From positions 896,001-960,000 of the forward strand of contig OY729427.2 of assembly GCA_963422375.2 (NCBI GenBank): 64,000 nucleotides of DNA. The letters are read 5' to 3'. The DNA comes from Bryobacterales bacterium. GTDB taxonomy: Bacteria; Acidobacteriota; Terriglobia; Bryobacterales; UBA6623. The notes below the pieces were generated by a model. It was not told where the DNA came from and did not search any database. It saw only the letters and a program-made list of their open reading frames with translations. How positions within the stretch are numbered: the first letter of the stretch is position 1; each line of letters starts with the position of its first letter. The position numbers and the translations under genes are program-made. This document shows, in pieces, positions 49,715 through 59,110 of this stretch.

Positions 49715-49752
49715 TGGCGGTCCCCAGCACGTTTGGCGATCCCCAGCACGTT
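49715..49752 (+). repeat. 19-bp tandem duplication causing a frameshift
   Basis: TGGCGGTCCCCAGCACGTT (49715-49733) followed by TGGCGATCCCCAGCACGTT (49734-49752), one mismatch. Confidence 0.92.
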
Positions 49753-51186
49753 TCTCTTCGACGAGAGGGGCAGGATCGTGTGGCTCTACCTCGGCCTGAC
49801 GCCCGCGCAGCGGATTCTGGCCGACGCGGAGAGCTGGCCGGCCGGCGGCTCCGGGTTGCTCGAGCGGGACCTGCCCTTTCCCGGACGGGCCTACGTAACC
49901 CGATTCGAGCGGAACTGGGTCCAGCTCGCGGACGCGTACGCCGCGGCCGGCCTGCGGGACGAGGCGGTGGCGACCCTCGAGCACGCCGTCGAAGCCCACC
50001 CTCAGCACGCGGCCAGCCTCGACCGGCTCGGGAGCCTGTACGCCGAGCAGGGCCGCTGGCAGGAAGCGCGGGAGAGGCACAGGGCGGCGGTCGAACTGGG
50101 GTTGCCGGGCGGCGCAGCGCAGATTCACCTCGCCACCGCGCTGGCGGAGCTGGGAAGGCTGTCCGAGGCTCGGGCAGCCGCCACGGAGGCGCTCGCACAG
50201 TTTCCGGAGGACGCGGACACGCTGCGCGTCTGGGGCGCGGTCGCCTCGCGCCAAGGGACTTCGAGAGCGCCTTGCCCGCACTGGTCGCCGCGCGCCGGAT
50301 CGATCCCGACAACGCCGCGGTCCACTACAACCTCGGCTGGCTGCATGTGCAGGCGGGACGGACCCGCGAGGCGACCGCATCCCTGCTGAAGGCGGTCGAG
50401 CTGGAGCCCGGGCATGCCAACGCCCTGCACGATCTCGGCATCCTGCACGCCCGAGCCGGGGCGTGGGAGGAGGCCGCGCAATCGCTCCGCGAGGCCATCG
50501 CGTCGGAGCCGGGCCTCGCGGAAGCGCACTACAGCCTTGGCATGGTCCATGCGCGGCAGGGAGACTTCAAGCGAGCCGAGGAGGCCCTGCGGGAGACCTT
50601 GAAGATCCGCGGTGAATACGCCCAAGCCCTCACCGACCTAGGGGCCGTCTACATCGCGACGCGCCGGTACCGCGAGTCCCTAGCCCTGCTGGAGCGAGCC
50701 CGCCGGGCCCAGCCCCAACTCGGCCAGTCCTACTTGAACGCCGCCAAGGCCCATCTAGCCTTGGGAGACGTAACGGGCGCGGTCGCCAGCTTGGACGCCC
50801 TCCTCAGCGTGCATCCCGGCGATCCGAGCGCGCTCGCCCTCAAGGAGCGCTTGCAGGCGCCATGACCGCGCGCGCAGGCGGCGTCCCCGGTCCGAACGCG
50901 GGGCGCTCTAGGTCCCATCGAGGATCCGGTCACCGCAATCCAGGCGAACGCGGGCTCCTCTTCAGCCAACCGTTTCGGCCCGCTCGGAGGGTCCCTCGAC
51001 GAGAGTCCGCAAGACGTCATCCGGCACCGCGCATGCAGCGCGAACGCCGCGTCTCGCATCCTCCTCAACGGTTGGGAAGCGCGTTGGCCTACCGCCGGTC
51101 TCCTTGCGACCGCTCCTTGAATGACCCGCGGATCGGGCTGCGGTAAGCCGTCGCGACGGAACGTTCCCGCGGGTATACTTCGAACG

Positions 51187-52781
51187 ATGCCAGAGGGGCG
51201 CCGCGCACTGTTCGCGCTGTGGCTGCTCGCGTCTGCCCACGGGTCCCCGCGCGATCCGACCGTCCTCCCTCCGCCGCCGTCCGCGCACGCCGCTCCGGGC
51301 GTCGCGTTCGAAGATGTCACTTCGTCCGCCGGCCTGGGCTCGTTCGAACACCGCGCCGGATCTCCCGACAAGCCATACCTGCCCGAAACCATCGGCTCGG
51401 GCGTAGCGCTTTTCGACTACGACAACGACGGCTGGCTGGACGCGTACCTGCTCAGCTCCCTGTCCGAAGAGGCGCGCCGGGGAATCGCCCGGCCTAACCC
51501 GTCCGTGCTCTTTCGCAACAATCGCGACGGCACGTTCACGGACGTCACCGCGCAGGCCGGCGTCGCGAACGAGCGCTGGGGGGTCGGCACCTGCGCCGGG
51601 GACGTCAACAACGATGGCTGGACGGATCTCTTCGTCACCAATTTCGGCAAGAGCCGGCTCTATCTGAACGGCGGCGACGGAACTTTCGAGGACACCGCGG
51701 CGGAAGCCGGGGTTCAGGTCGACGCCTGGTCGACGGGATGCGCCTTCGGCGATTACGACGCGGACGGCCTGCTTGACCTCTACGTGGCTAGCTACGTCGA
51801 CTTCCGCTGGGATGATCCCCCGCCCCCGGGGGCTCCGCCGGGCAGCTGCCAGCGGAGGGTCGCGCGGCAGCGCATCCGACCGGCGGCGAGCCTGCGACCG
51901 GCGCCGCCTACAGCCCCGGCATGCCGGTCTGCGTGTACTTCGGGGTGCCCGTCGCGTGCGGTCCCAAGGGCCTGCCCCCGCAAGCCGACACGCTTTTTCG
52001 CAACGAAGGCGACGGCCGATTCCGCGACGTCACCCGGAAATCGCGCCTGAGTGAGGCACGCCCCAGTTACGGACTGGCAGTCGCGTGGGTCGATCCCGAC
52101 GACGACGGCCATCCCGACATCGTCGTGGCCAACGACTCGATGCCGAACTTCCTGCACCGCAACCTAGGAGACGGCACCTTCGAGGAGATCGGCGTGCTCA
52201 GCGGCCTAGGCACGAACGGGGACGGCCACGACCAAGCCTACATGGGCGTCGCCGTCGGGGACTACTCCCGCGACGGCCGCAGCGACTTCTTCTTCACCAC
52301 CTTCTCCGGTGACAACTACACGCTGCATCGCAACAACGGCGACCTAGACTTCAGCGACGTCACGCTGCAATCCGGGCTGCTGGCGGCGACGCTTCCGTTC
52401 CTCGGCTGGGGCACCACGTTCCTCGACTACGACAACGACGGCTGGCTCGACATCCTCGCGGCCAACGGCCATATCTTCCCCCAGGCGGACCCCGCGACGT
52501 GGGGGACGTCGTACGGGCAGAGGACCCTGCTGTTCCGCAACCTGCGCGACGGCAGGTTCGCTGACGTCTCGGGAAGCGTCGGGGCCGGCTTCGCGCGGCC
52601 CAGGAATTCCAGGGGAGCCGCGGTCGGGGATCTGTTCAACGACGGCAGCGTCGACGTGGTCATAAACAACCTGGACGGCCGCCCCACCGTGCTCCTGGCC
52701 AGGATCTACCTCGACGGGCGCAGCCTGGAGCTTGCGGAGGCCACGGTGCAGCGCGCGATCGAAGTCCAACCGCATAGCTAG
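51187..52781 (+). pseudogene. CRTAC1-family FG-GAP protein pseudogene: frameshift near 51840, ASPIC domain deleted, fused to a TPR remnant, ending at the IS
   Basis: PYLPETIGSGVALFDYDNDG repeats in the 51121 frame continue in the 51921 frame (CVYFGVPVACGPKGL); after NNLDGRPTVLL the sequence switches to TPR-like ARIYLDGRSLELAEATVQRAIEVQP. Confidence 0.82.
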
Positions 52782-54637
52782 TGCTTGTGACAGAACGCGC
52801 AAGCCCTTAGTTTCCGGGCGGTTGCAGCAGGTCCGTGGGACGAAGATCGGGGCGATCCGGGCCGGCTTGCGCGCTTCCGGCGGTCAAGCGACAATCTTCG
52901 TTGAGGAACCGCCCGTGAGGACCGTTCAGGAGATCCAGCTCACCCTTGGCCGGACTGCAATCGAGGATATCGATCTCGACGTCCGTTCCCGCGACGATAT
53001 CCCGGCCATCTTGCTAGGAATACAATTCATCTATCGCACCGAGGAGTTGCGGGACAGGGTTTTCGGACTGCTCGAGAGCCGTATCCTCGGCCTCGGCGAG
53101 AGTAGCGGGAACGGCGGGAACGGCGAGAACGGAAGCGATCCTTCCGCAGGCGAGTCCGGCAGGATCAACCCTGCCGTCGGTCGTCCCGGCATGCAGCTGT
53201 GGAACATTCTCGTCCCGGGCCTGCTCAAGCAGGGATTGAATTGCGACTGCGACCGCGTGACGGAGCTGGCGAACAAGCACGCGGACGTCCGGCGCTTCCT
53301 CGGTCTGAACGCGACGCTCGACGAGCAGGTGTTCAGCTACCGGACAGTCAACCGGAATCCGAAGCTTCTCACGCCCGACCTCCTCGCGGAAATCAATCGG
53401 CTGGCCGTGCGGGAAGGGCACGCGCTGGCGGGGTGCGAGGAAGGCGATCCGCTGAAGGCGCGGCGCGACTCGTTCGCGGTGGAAACGAACGTGCATTGCC
53501 CGACGGACGTGAGTCTCCTATGGGACGCCTTGCGCTGCCTGATTCGCTCTATTGCGCCGCTGTGCAAGGGGCGCGGTATCGCGGTCTGGCGGCAGAGCGC
53601 GCGGCTGCCGAAGACGCTGAAGCAGGAATTCAACCGGGTGCGGCAGGCGAAGAGGAGGCAAGGCAACCCGGAGAGGGTGCGGTCGTACCTGGAGGCGGCC
53701 CTGGAGATAGCGCGGCGGGCGGAGGGTGCGCTGGCGGCCCTGGCGCGGGCCGGGGAAGACGAGGGAACCTTGGGAGCGGCAAGGAGTGACCTCGGGTACG
53801 TGCAGCTCCTGGCGGACCCGGTGGAGCGGCGCGTGCTGCGGGGGGAGAAGATCCCGCACGAGGGGAAAGTGTTCTCGATCTTCGAGGAACACACGCGCTG
53901 GTGCGTGAAAGGAAAAGCGGGGGTTCCGGTGGAGCCGGGCGTGCCGGTATGCATCGTGGAAAGCGAGCACCGATTCGTGATGAATCACGAAGTGACGTGG
54001 AAGGGGAGCGACGCGGACGTGGCGGTGGGAATCGTCGAGGGGGCGCAGGGGCTGTACGCGGGGCTGTCGAGCTGCAGCTTCGACCAGGGCTTTCACAGCC
54101 CGGCGAACCGGACGCGCTTGGCGGAACTGCTATCGTGCCACGCGATGCCGCGGAAGGGGAGGCTGTCGAAGGCGGCGAAGGAGACGGAAGGCGCGCCCGA
54201 ATTCGCGGCAGCGAGGCAGGCGCACCCGGCCGTGGAGTCCGCGATCAACAATCTCGAGTGCCGCGGTCCGGACAGGGTGACGGACCGGGGAGCGGAGGGA
54301 TTCGAGCGGATGATCGGGCTGGCGGTCCTGGCGGCGAACGTGCATCGAGTGGGCCGGATCGTGCGCGACAGAGAGAGGGAGCGTCTCAAGACGGAACCCT
54401 TGCCGCTGGCTGCATAGGCAGTCGGCAGCGATCTGAATTGCCCTGAATTGAAACCTTGAAGAGACGAGGTTCAGGAAAAGTTTACAACTAGAACAGAACT
54501 AACTGTATCCTCACAATGAAAATGGAATATGAGGCAATGAGTTCGGGTAATTGGCGCAGCCTGTTTCTTCCATAGCTATCATTTGGTGGGGATCTATTAG
54601 CTAGAATCCCCAAAATATCAGGGTTTTGTCACAAGCA
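52782..54637 (+). mobile_element. Insertion sequence (ISNCY/IS5-like DDE), ~1.86 kb, 15-bp imperfect TIRs, flanked by CTAG
   Basis: Left TGCTTGTGACAGAAC (52782-52796); right GTTTTGTCACAAGCA (54623-54637), whose reverse complement matches 14/15; CTAG at 52778-81 and 54638-41. Exact ends are ambiguous because CTAG is palindromic. Confidence 0.9.
52915..54417 (+). CDS. DDE transposase (ISNCY/IS5-like), probably degenerate
   Basis: RSRDDIP, GRPGMQLW, DSFAVETNVHCPTD, KVFSIFE.HT.W..KGK, SFDQGF, HPAVESAINNLE; GTG 52915 with GAGG upstream. Confidence 0.88.
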   Translation: MRTVQEIQLTLGRTAIEDIDLDVRSRDDIPAILLGIQFIYRTEELRDRVFGLLESRILGLGESSGNGGNGENGSDPSAGESGRINPAVGRPGMQLWNILVPGLLKQGLNCDCDRVTELANKHADVRRFLGLNATLDEQVFSYRTVNRNPKLLTPDLLAEINRLAVREGHALAGCEEGDPLKARRDSFAVETNVHCPTDVSLLWDALRCLIRSIAPLCKGRGIAVWRQSARLPKTLKQEFNRVRQAKRRQGNPERVRSYLEAALEIARRAEGALAALARAGEDEGTLGAARSDLGYVQLLADPVERRVLRGEKIPHEGKVFSIFEEHTRWCVKGKAGVPVEPGVPVCIVESEHRFVMNHEVTWKGSDADVAVGIVEGAQGLYAGLSSCSFDQGFHSPANRTRLAELLSCHAMPRKGRLSKAAKETEGAPEFAAARQAHPAVESAINNLECRGPDRVTDRGAEGFERMIGLAVLAANVHRVGRIVRDRERERLKTEPLPLAA

Positions 54638-55003
54638 CTAGTTTGCAACACCATCGGGCCGATTGCAAGATCGGCATGTGCCCCTGGAACCGGCAGGCAC
54701 GACATCTTGCGATGTTACGGTGTGGCCCCATATTCCCGTCGCGCTGGCCGCGCCAAGCAAGGGGCTCTCTGGCCGGCGAGCCTACCCTCGACAGCTCCGC
54801 GGCCCACACCGGCCGGCCCTCGTCACGGCGGCGATCCAATCGGGCAGCACCGTCCGCGCGGGAGGCTGGGTCGGCCTGCTCGCGCATCCGGCACATCGGG
54901 TGCCCGACGCGATGTCCGCGACCGGCGACGGTCCGCAGGGAGCCGGCAAGCCGTTCCGCAACTGCGGCGCCTCGGCGCCGAGGCGCCAGCCGCGGGGAGC
55001 GCA

Positions 55004-56128
55004 TCACGGAGCGGCAACGCCGGAGGCGCGAGACTCTGGCCTGGGTGCCATGCAATCGGAGTCCCGGTTGGAATGCAGGCCGACCGCCGACCGGTCGAAC
55101 GCGAACCTGAACCCGTTGGCGACGATTCCCGCAATCTCGGCCCACCCGAAGCCGAGGGACGCCAGGCACGCCAGCTCCTCCGCTAGCGACACGCCGAAGA
55201 AGGTCGGGTCGTCCGTGCTGATCGCCAGCGGCACGCCTGCCTCGTAGAGACTTCGCGCCGGGTGTCGCTCGAGCGACGGGTACACGCCCGTGCGCACGTT
55301 GCTTGTCGGGCAGACTTCCAGCGGAATCCCCCGCTCCGCGAGGCAGCGGACCAGGGCCGGATCCTCGATCGCCCGGACGCCGTGCCCGATTCGCTCCACT
55401 TCAAGAATCCTCAGGGCGTCCCATACGCTCTGCGGCCCGAGGGCCTCCCCGGCGTGGACCGTGGTGCGCAAGCCCCCCTCGCGGGCGATCTGGTAGGCCC
55501 GCCGAAAGGGACCGGGCGGGCTCAGGTGCTCGGCACCGCCCAGCGTCAAGCCCACGACCGACCGCGGGCGAGACTTCAGCACCCGGACCAGCAGTTTCTC
55601 GGCGGCGTCCGGCCCGAGGGTGCGGACCGGATCGACGATCCAGCGCAGCCGGGGCGGCTCGGGCCGCGGCTCGCCGAGCGCGGCAAGCAGATCCTCCAAC
55701 GCGATTCCCTGCTGCAAGTATTCGGGCAGCGACACCGTGACTTCGGCATAGAGCACCCTCTGGCGCCGCAGGCCGCTGCGAACCGCGTCGATCAGGTCCC
55801 GGAAATCGACGATGTGCCGGACGAAGTGGCCGGTGAAGACGTACGCGGCGAGGAAATCCTCGAGCGAGGCGTATTGGAAGAGCACGCCGGCCTCGGCCGC
55901 AGGATCCGGCGACTCCACGATTCGGCGGATGCCGGGATGCCGCAGCATCCATGCCAGCGTCCGCGGTCGCGCACCCTCTATCGCGCGGGCCGGCGGGTAC
56001 TTCCGGAAACGCTCCCGCAGGAAGGGAAGCGGGATGGCACCTCTCAGGTGAAGGTGCAGCTCGGCCTTCGGTAGCCTCTGCAGGTCCTCGAGCGATCGGG
56101 GCTCGGAGGAATCGCGCAGGGAGGGCAT
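55004..56128 (-). CDS. add: Adenosine/adenine deaminase
   Basis: LPKAELHLHL, HAGE, RIGHG, LEVCPTSN, STDDP. Confidence 0.92.
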   Translation of the reverse strand: MPSLRDSSEPRSLEDLQRLPKAELHLHLRGAIPLPFLRERFRKYPPARAIEGARPRTLAWMLRHPGIRRIVESPDPAAEAGVLFQYASLEDFLAAYVFTGHFVRHIVDFRDLIDAVRSGLRRQRVLYAEVTVSLPEYLQQGIALEDLLAALGEPRPEPPRLRWIVDPVRTLGPDAAEKLLVRVLKSRPRSVVGLTLGGAEHLSPPGPFRRAYQIAREGGLRTTVHAGEALGPQSVWDALRILEVERIGHGVRAIEDPALVRCLAERGIPLEVCPTSNVRTGVYPSLERHPARSLYEAGVPLAISTDDPTFFGVSLAEELACLASLGFGWAEIAGIVANGFRFAFDRSAVGLHSNRDSDCMAPRPESRASGVAAP

Positions 56129-56183
56129 CTCCCTCGGGTGCGTCGGACGCGCGAGCGAGGCCGCGAGGCCCCCGCGCCCGCGC

Positions 56184-57689
56184 TCAGCCGCGCTCCCCGT
56201 ACTGCGCCCGCAGCGCGGCAAGGTCGGCCCGCAGTTCCTCCGCCAGCTGGGCGTGGCCCGGCTCGCCGTAGAGATTCCGCAGCTCGTGCGGGTCCTCGCG
56301 GAGATCGAAGAGTTCCCAGTAGTCGCCCTCGCCGTAGTACTCGATCAGCTTGTACCGGTCGGTTCGAACGCCCCGATGCGGTCCCACTCGGTGGGGCGTC
56401 CAGAATCGGAAGGTCGGATCTGTCATCTGGTCGCGAGCCATGTCGCGGAAGGCCCAGGAGTTCTCGTAATAGCTGTAGAGGATCGCCTGCCGCCAGTCCG
56501 AGGGGAGGTCGCCCTCCAAGATCCGGCGCAGGCTGCGCCCCTGCATCGCTTCGGGCACTCGCACACCCGCGAAGTCGAGGATCGTGGGGGCGATGTCCAC
56601 GTTCAGGGCTGCCCGCTCGGGAACCTGCCCGGATCCGACCAGCCTGGGATAGCGCACGAGCAGCGGGATCCGCAGCGCCGGCTCGTACATGAACCGCTTG
56701 TCGTACCACCCGTGCTCGCCGAGGAAAAAGCCGTTGTCGGTGGTGTAGACGATCAGGGTGTCCTCGGCCAGCCCCGCGTGGTCGAGATAGTCGAGCACGC
56801 CCCCTAGGTTTTCGTCGACACCGTAAACGGCGCGGTGGTGGTCCTTGACGAAGCGCTGGAAGATCCATTCCCGCCGGGCGTCCGGCCCCAGGCCCACCGG
56901 AAGGTCGGGGTAGTCCCCGGCCAAGCTGGCCTCGAAGCGCATGTCCTCGGCTTCGGCAGCCACCCGCCGCGTGGAGTAGTCGTCGTCGTACGAGGGCGGC
57001 TTCGGCCAGTCCGTGCCGTCGAACAACCGCGCATGGCGGGGCGCGGGCGTGAACGGGCGGTGCGGCGCCTTGTGCTGGTAGAGAAGGCAGAACGGCGCGT
57101 CCCCGCCCCGTCGCAGGAAGTCGAGCGCGAAGTCCGTCGTGACGTCGGTGGCATACCCGGACTCCTCGGAGACCCGGCCTCCGGCGATGAAGTCCGGGTC
57201 GAAGTAGACGCCCTGGCCGGGCAGGATCTTCCACTCGTCAAAGCCTCGGGGCTCCTCGCGGAGGTGCCACTTGCCCACCAGCCCCGTCCGGTAGCCGGCC
57301 TCCCGAAGGAGCTGCGGGAACGTGGGCAGTGACGGGTCCAGACTTTCTACGGCGTCGGACTTCTCGGAATTCCCGCGGATTCCGTGGATATGCGAATAGC
57401 ATCCAGTGAGCACGCTCGCGCGCGAGGGGGCGCACAGGGAGTTGGTGCAGTAGGCGTTGGCGAACCGCGCACCCTCGGCCGCCAGCCGGTCCATGTTCGG
57501 CGTTCGCAGCAGGGGGTGACCGGCGCAGCTCATCTGGCCGTGTTGCTGGTCGTCCGTCATGACGAAGAGAATGTTCGGACGGGGAACGCCGGAGCCTCCG
57601 CAGCGGGTGAGCAGGGCCGCGGCCCCGCCCGCCATGGCCCGCACGGCCGCCCGGCGGGTGGGATTCCCGGTCTCTCCTACTGGCCGCAC
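56184..57689 (-). CDS. Cys-type sulfatase (N-acetylglucosamine-6-sulfatase-like), Tat lipoprotein
   Basis: PNILFVMTDD, CAPSR, GKWHL, HKAPHR, DNGFFLGEHG..DKRFMYE; TRRAAV...LLTRC N-terminus; start uncertain. Confidence 0.9.
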   Translation of the reverse strand: MRPVGETGNPTRRAAVRAMAGGAAALLTRCGGSGVPRPNILFVMTDDQQHGQMSCAGHPLLRTPNMDRLAAEGARFANAYCTNSLCAPSRASVLTGCYSHIHGIRGNSEKSDAVESLDPSLPTFPQLLREAGYRTGLVGKWHLREEPRGFDEWKILPGQGVYFDPDFIAGGRVSEESGYATDVTTDFALDFLRRGGDAPFCLLYQHKAPHRPFTPAPRHARLFDGTDWPKPPSYDDDYSTRRVAAEAEDMRFEASLAGDYPDLPVGLGPDARREWIFQRFVKDHHRAVYGVDENLGGVLDYLDHAGLAEDTLIVYTTDNGFFLGEHGWYDKRFMYEPALRIPLLVRYPRLVGSGQVPERAALNVDIAPTILDFAGVRVPEAMQGRSLRRILEGDLPSDWRQAILYSYYENSWAFRDMARDQMTDPTFRFWTPHRVGPHRGVRTDRYKLIEYYGEGDYWELFDLREDPHELRNLYGEPGHAQLAEELRADLAALRAQYGERG

Positions 57690-58492
57690 GCTTCCGGGCC
57701 TCCTCCGGCGGCCGCCCACGGCGGCCGCTCCTTGCTCAGGAACGCCTGGACGCCGGCCCGCCCCTCCGCGGACGAGCGGCGCACCGCCAGCGCCTCGGCC
57801 GTGCGCTCTCGCATCTGCGCGTCGAGCGGCCGGCCGGCGATCTCCCGGACGAGCTGCTTGCATTCGAGCTGCGCTCCGGGCGCCCCCTTGACGAGATTCC
57901 GCGCCATCGCGTCGGTCGCATCGCCGAGCCGGTCGTGAGCGACCACCTCGTCAACCAGCCCCCACTCGGCCGCCCGCGCCGCCGGGACGCGCTCGCCCGT
58001 CAGCATCAGCCGTCTCGCGACGCGAGGCCCCAGCGCCTCCACGAGATACGGGCCGACCATCGCCGGGATCAGCCCCAGGCGGACCTCGCTCAGGCGGAAG
58101 AACGCACGCTCCGAAGCCACGGCGAGATCGCAGCATGCGACGAGGCCTACGCCCCCGCCCACCGCGGCGCCCTGCACGCGGGCGACCGTCGGCTGCGACA
58201 GCGAGCTCAGGACACGGAGCATCTCGACAAAACGGCGTGTGTCGGCGAGGTTCTCCTCCGGGCCGGCCGAGCCCATGCGCCCCATCGCACGCAGGTCCGC
58301 GCCCGCGCTGAAGCAGGTGCCCGCACCCGCCAGCACGACAGCGCGGACGGAGGGGTCGCTTCCGACGTCCTTCAGTCCGCGCACGAGATCCCCTACGGTG
58401 GCCGCGTCAAGGGCGTTGCGCGCCTCGGGCCGGTTCAGGACGAGCGTCGCGACGCAGCCCGCCCGCTCCAGAAGCACGCGACACGAAGCCAT
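57677..58492 (-). CDS. Enoyl-CoA hydratase/isomerase (methylglutaconyl-CoA hydratase-like)
   Basis: LNRPEARNAL, FSAGADL, AVGGGVGLVACCD, SEVRLGLIPA, EGRAGVQAFLSKERP. Confidence 0.9.
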   Translation of the reverse strand: MASCRVLLERAGCVATLVLNRPEARNALDAATVGDLVRGLKDVGSDPSVRAVVLAGAGTCFSAGADLRAMGRMGSAGPEENLADTRRFVEMLRVLSSLSQPTVARVQGAAVGGGVGLVACCDLAVASERAFFRLSEVRLGLIPAMVGPYLVEALGPRVARRLMLTGERVPAARAAEWGLVDEVVAHDRLGDATDAMARNLVKGAPGAQLECKQLVREIAGRPLDAQMRERTAEALAVRRSSAEGRAGVQAFLSKERPPWAAAGGGPEACGQ

Positions 58493-58571
58493 CGCCCTAG
58501 GGATCATAGCCCACCGGGCCCGCCGGGCCACGGACGGCTCCTCCCGCACGCGATTCCGGGGCGCGGCGGCG

Positions 58572-59075
58572 CTAGAGAAGTTCCGCGATCTCGGCCTCGT
58601 AGGTCCCCTTGGGAACCAAGCCCGTGTGGCGGCGGACGACGTTGCCCGAGCGGTCCACGATCAGCGTTGTGGGCAAGGCGTGGATCCCACCGAAGTCATC
58701 GGCCAGCGGGTCGTCTCCAAGGACGACCGGGAAGTTCAGCTGCAGCTCGTTCGCGAAAGCTCGCACCGGCTCGGGCCCGTTCACGTCGAGCGAGATCGCG
58801 AGCACGGTGAAGCCTTGGTCCTTGTACTTGCGCTGAAAGTCGACGAACCACGGCATCTCGATCTTGCAGGGCCCGCACCAGGTCGCCCAGAAGTTGACTA
58901 GGGCCACGTTGCCGCCCAGATCCTCGTTGGTGACGAGATTGCCGTCCAAGTCCTGGACGCTGAACTCCGGAAGCGGCGTGGGCTCCGCCGCCCAATAGGC
59001 TGGCGGGGCGGAGGAGCAGGCTGCGGCGGCGAGGGTCAGCGCGAGCAGGATCGGGTGGACGGCTTTGCGGGTCAT
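58572..59075 (-). CDS. TlpA/ResA-family thiol:disulfide oxidoreductase lipoprotein
   Basis: Lipobox AAAC, NFWATWCGPCKIEMP, ALPTT. Confidence 0.92.
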   Translation of the reverse strand: MTRKAVHPILLALTLAAAACSSAPPAYWAAEPTPLPEFSVQDLDGNLVTNEDLGGNVALVNFWATWCGPCKIEMPWFVDFQRKYKDQGFTVLAISLDVNGPEPVRAFANELQLNFPVVLGDDPLADDFGGIHALPTTLIVDRSGNVVRRHTGLVPKGTYEAEIAELL

Positions 59076-59110
59076 CTTGGGATACGGCGCGCTGGTTCGG
59101 CCTACGTCGA

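Larger units (their letters stand above)
46989..50865 (+). pseudogene. Large exported FG-GAP + ASPIC/UnbV + thioredoxin-like (redoxin) + TPR protein, broken by about 6 frameshifts, with an in-frame TGA (candidate Sec)
   Basis: Consecutive homologous fragments in changing frames: signal peptide (46989), 47032 frame, 47343-48490 FG-GAP, 48495-48700 then 48701-49340 ASPIC, 49340-49733 NFWATWCAPC redoxin, 49734-50255 TPR, 50256-50865 TPR. Shifts near 47080, 47335, 48490, 49335, 49734 and 50255. Confidence 0.85.

Noticed and set aside
46989..50865. Programmed frameshifting or phase variation as the explanation for the broken gene
   Set aside because: Too many independent lesions and no slippery heptamers or long simple repeats.
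54642..55003. ORFs right of the IS (54618..55247, several frames)
   Set aside because: Low-complexity translations overlapping add, with no recognisable domain.
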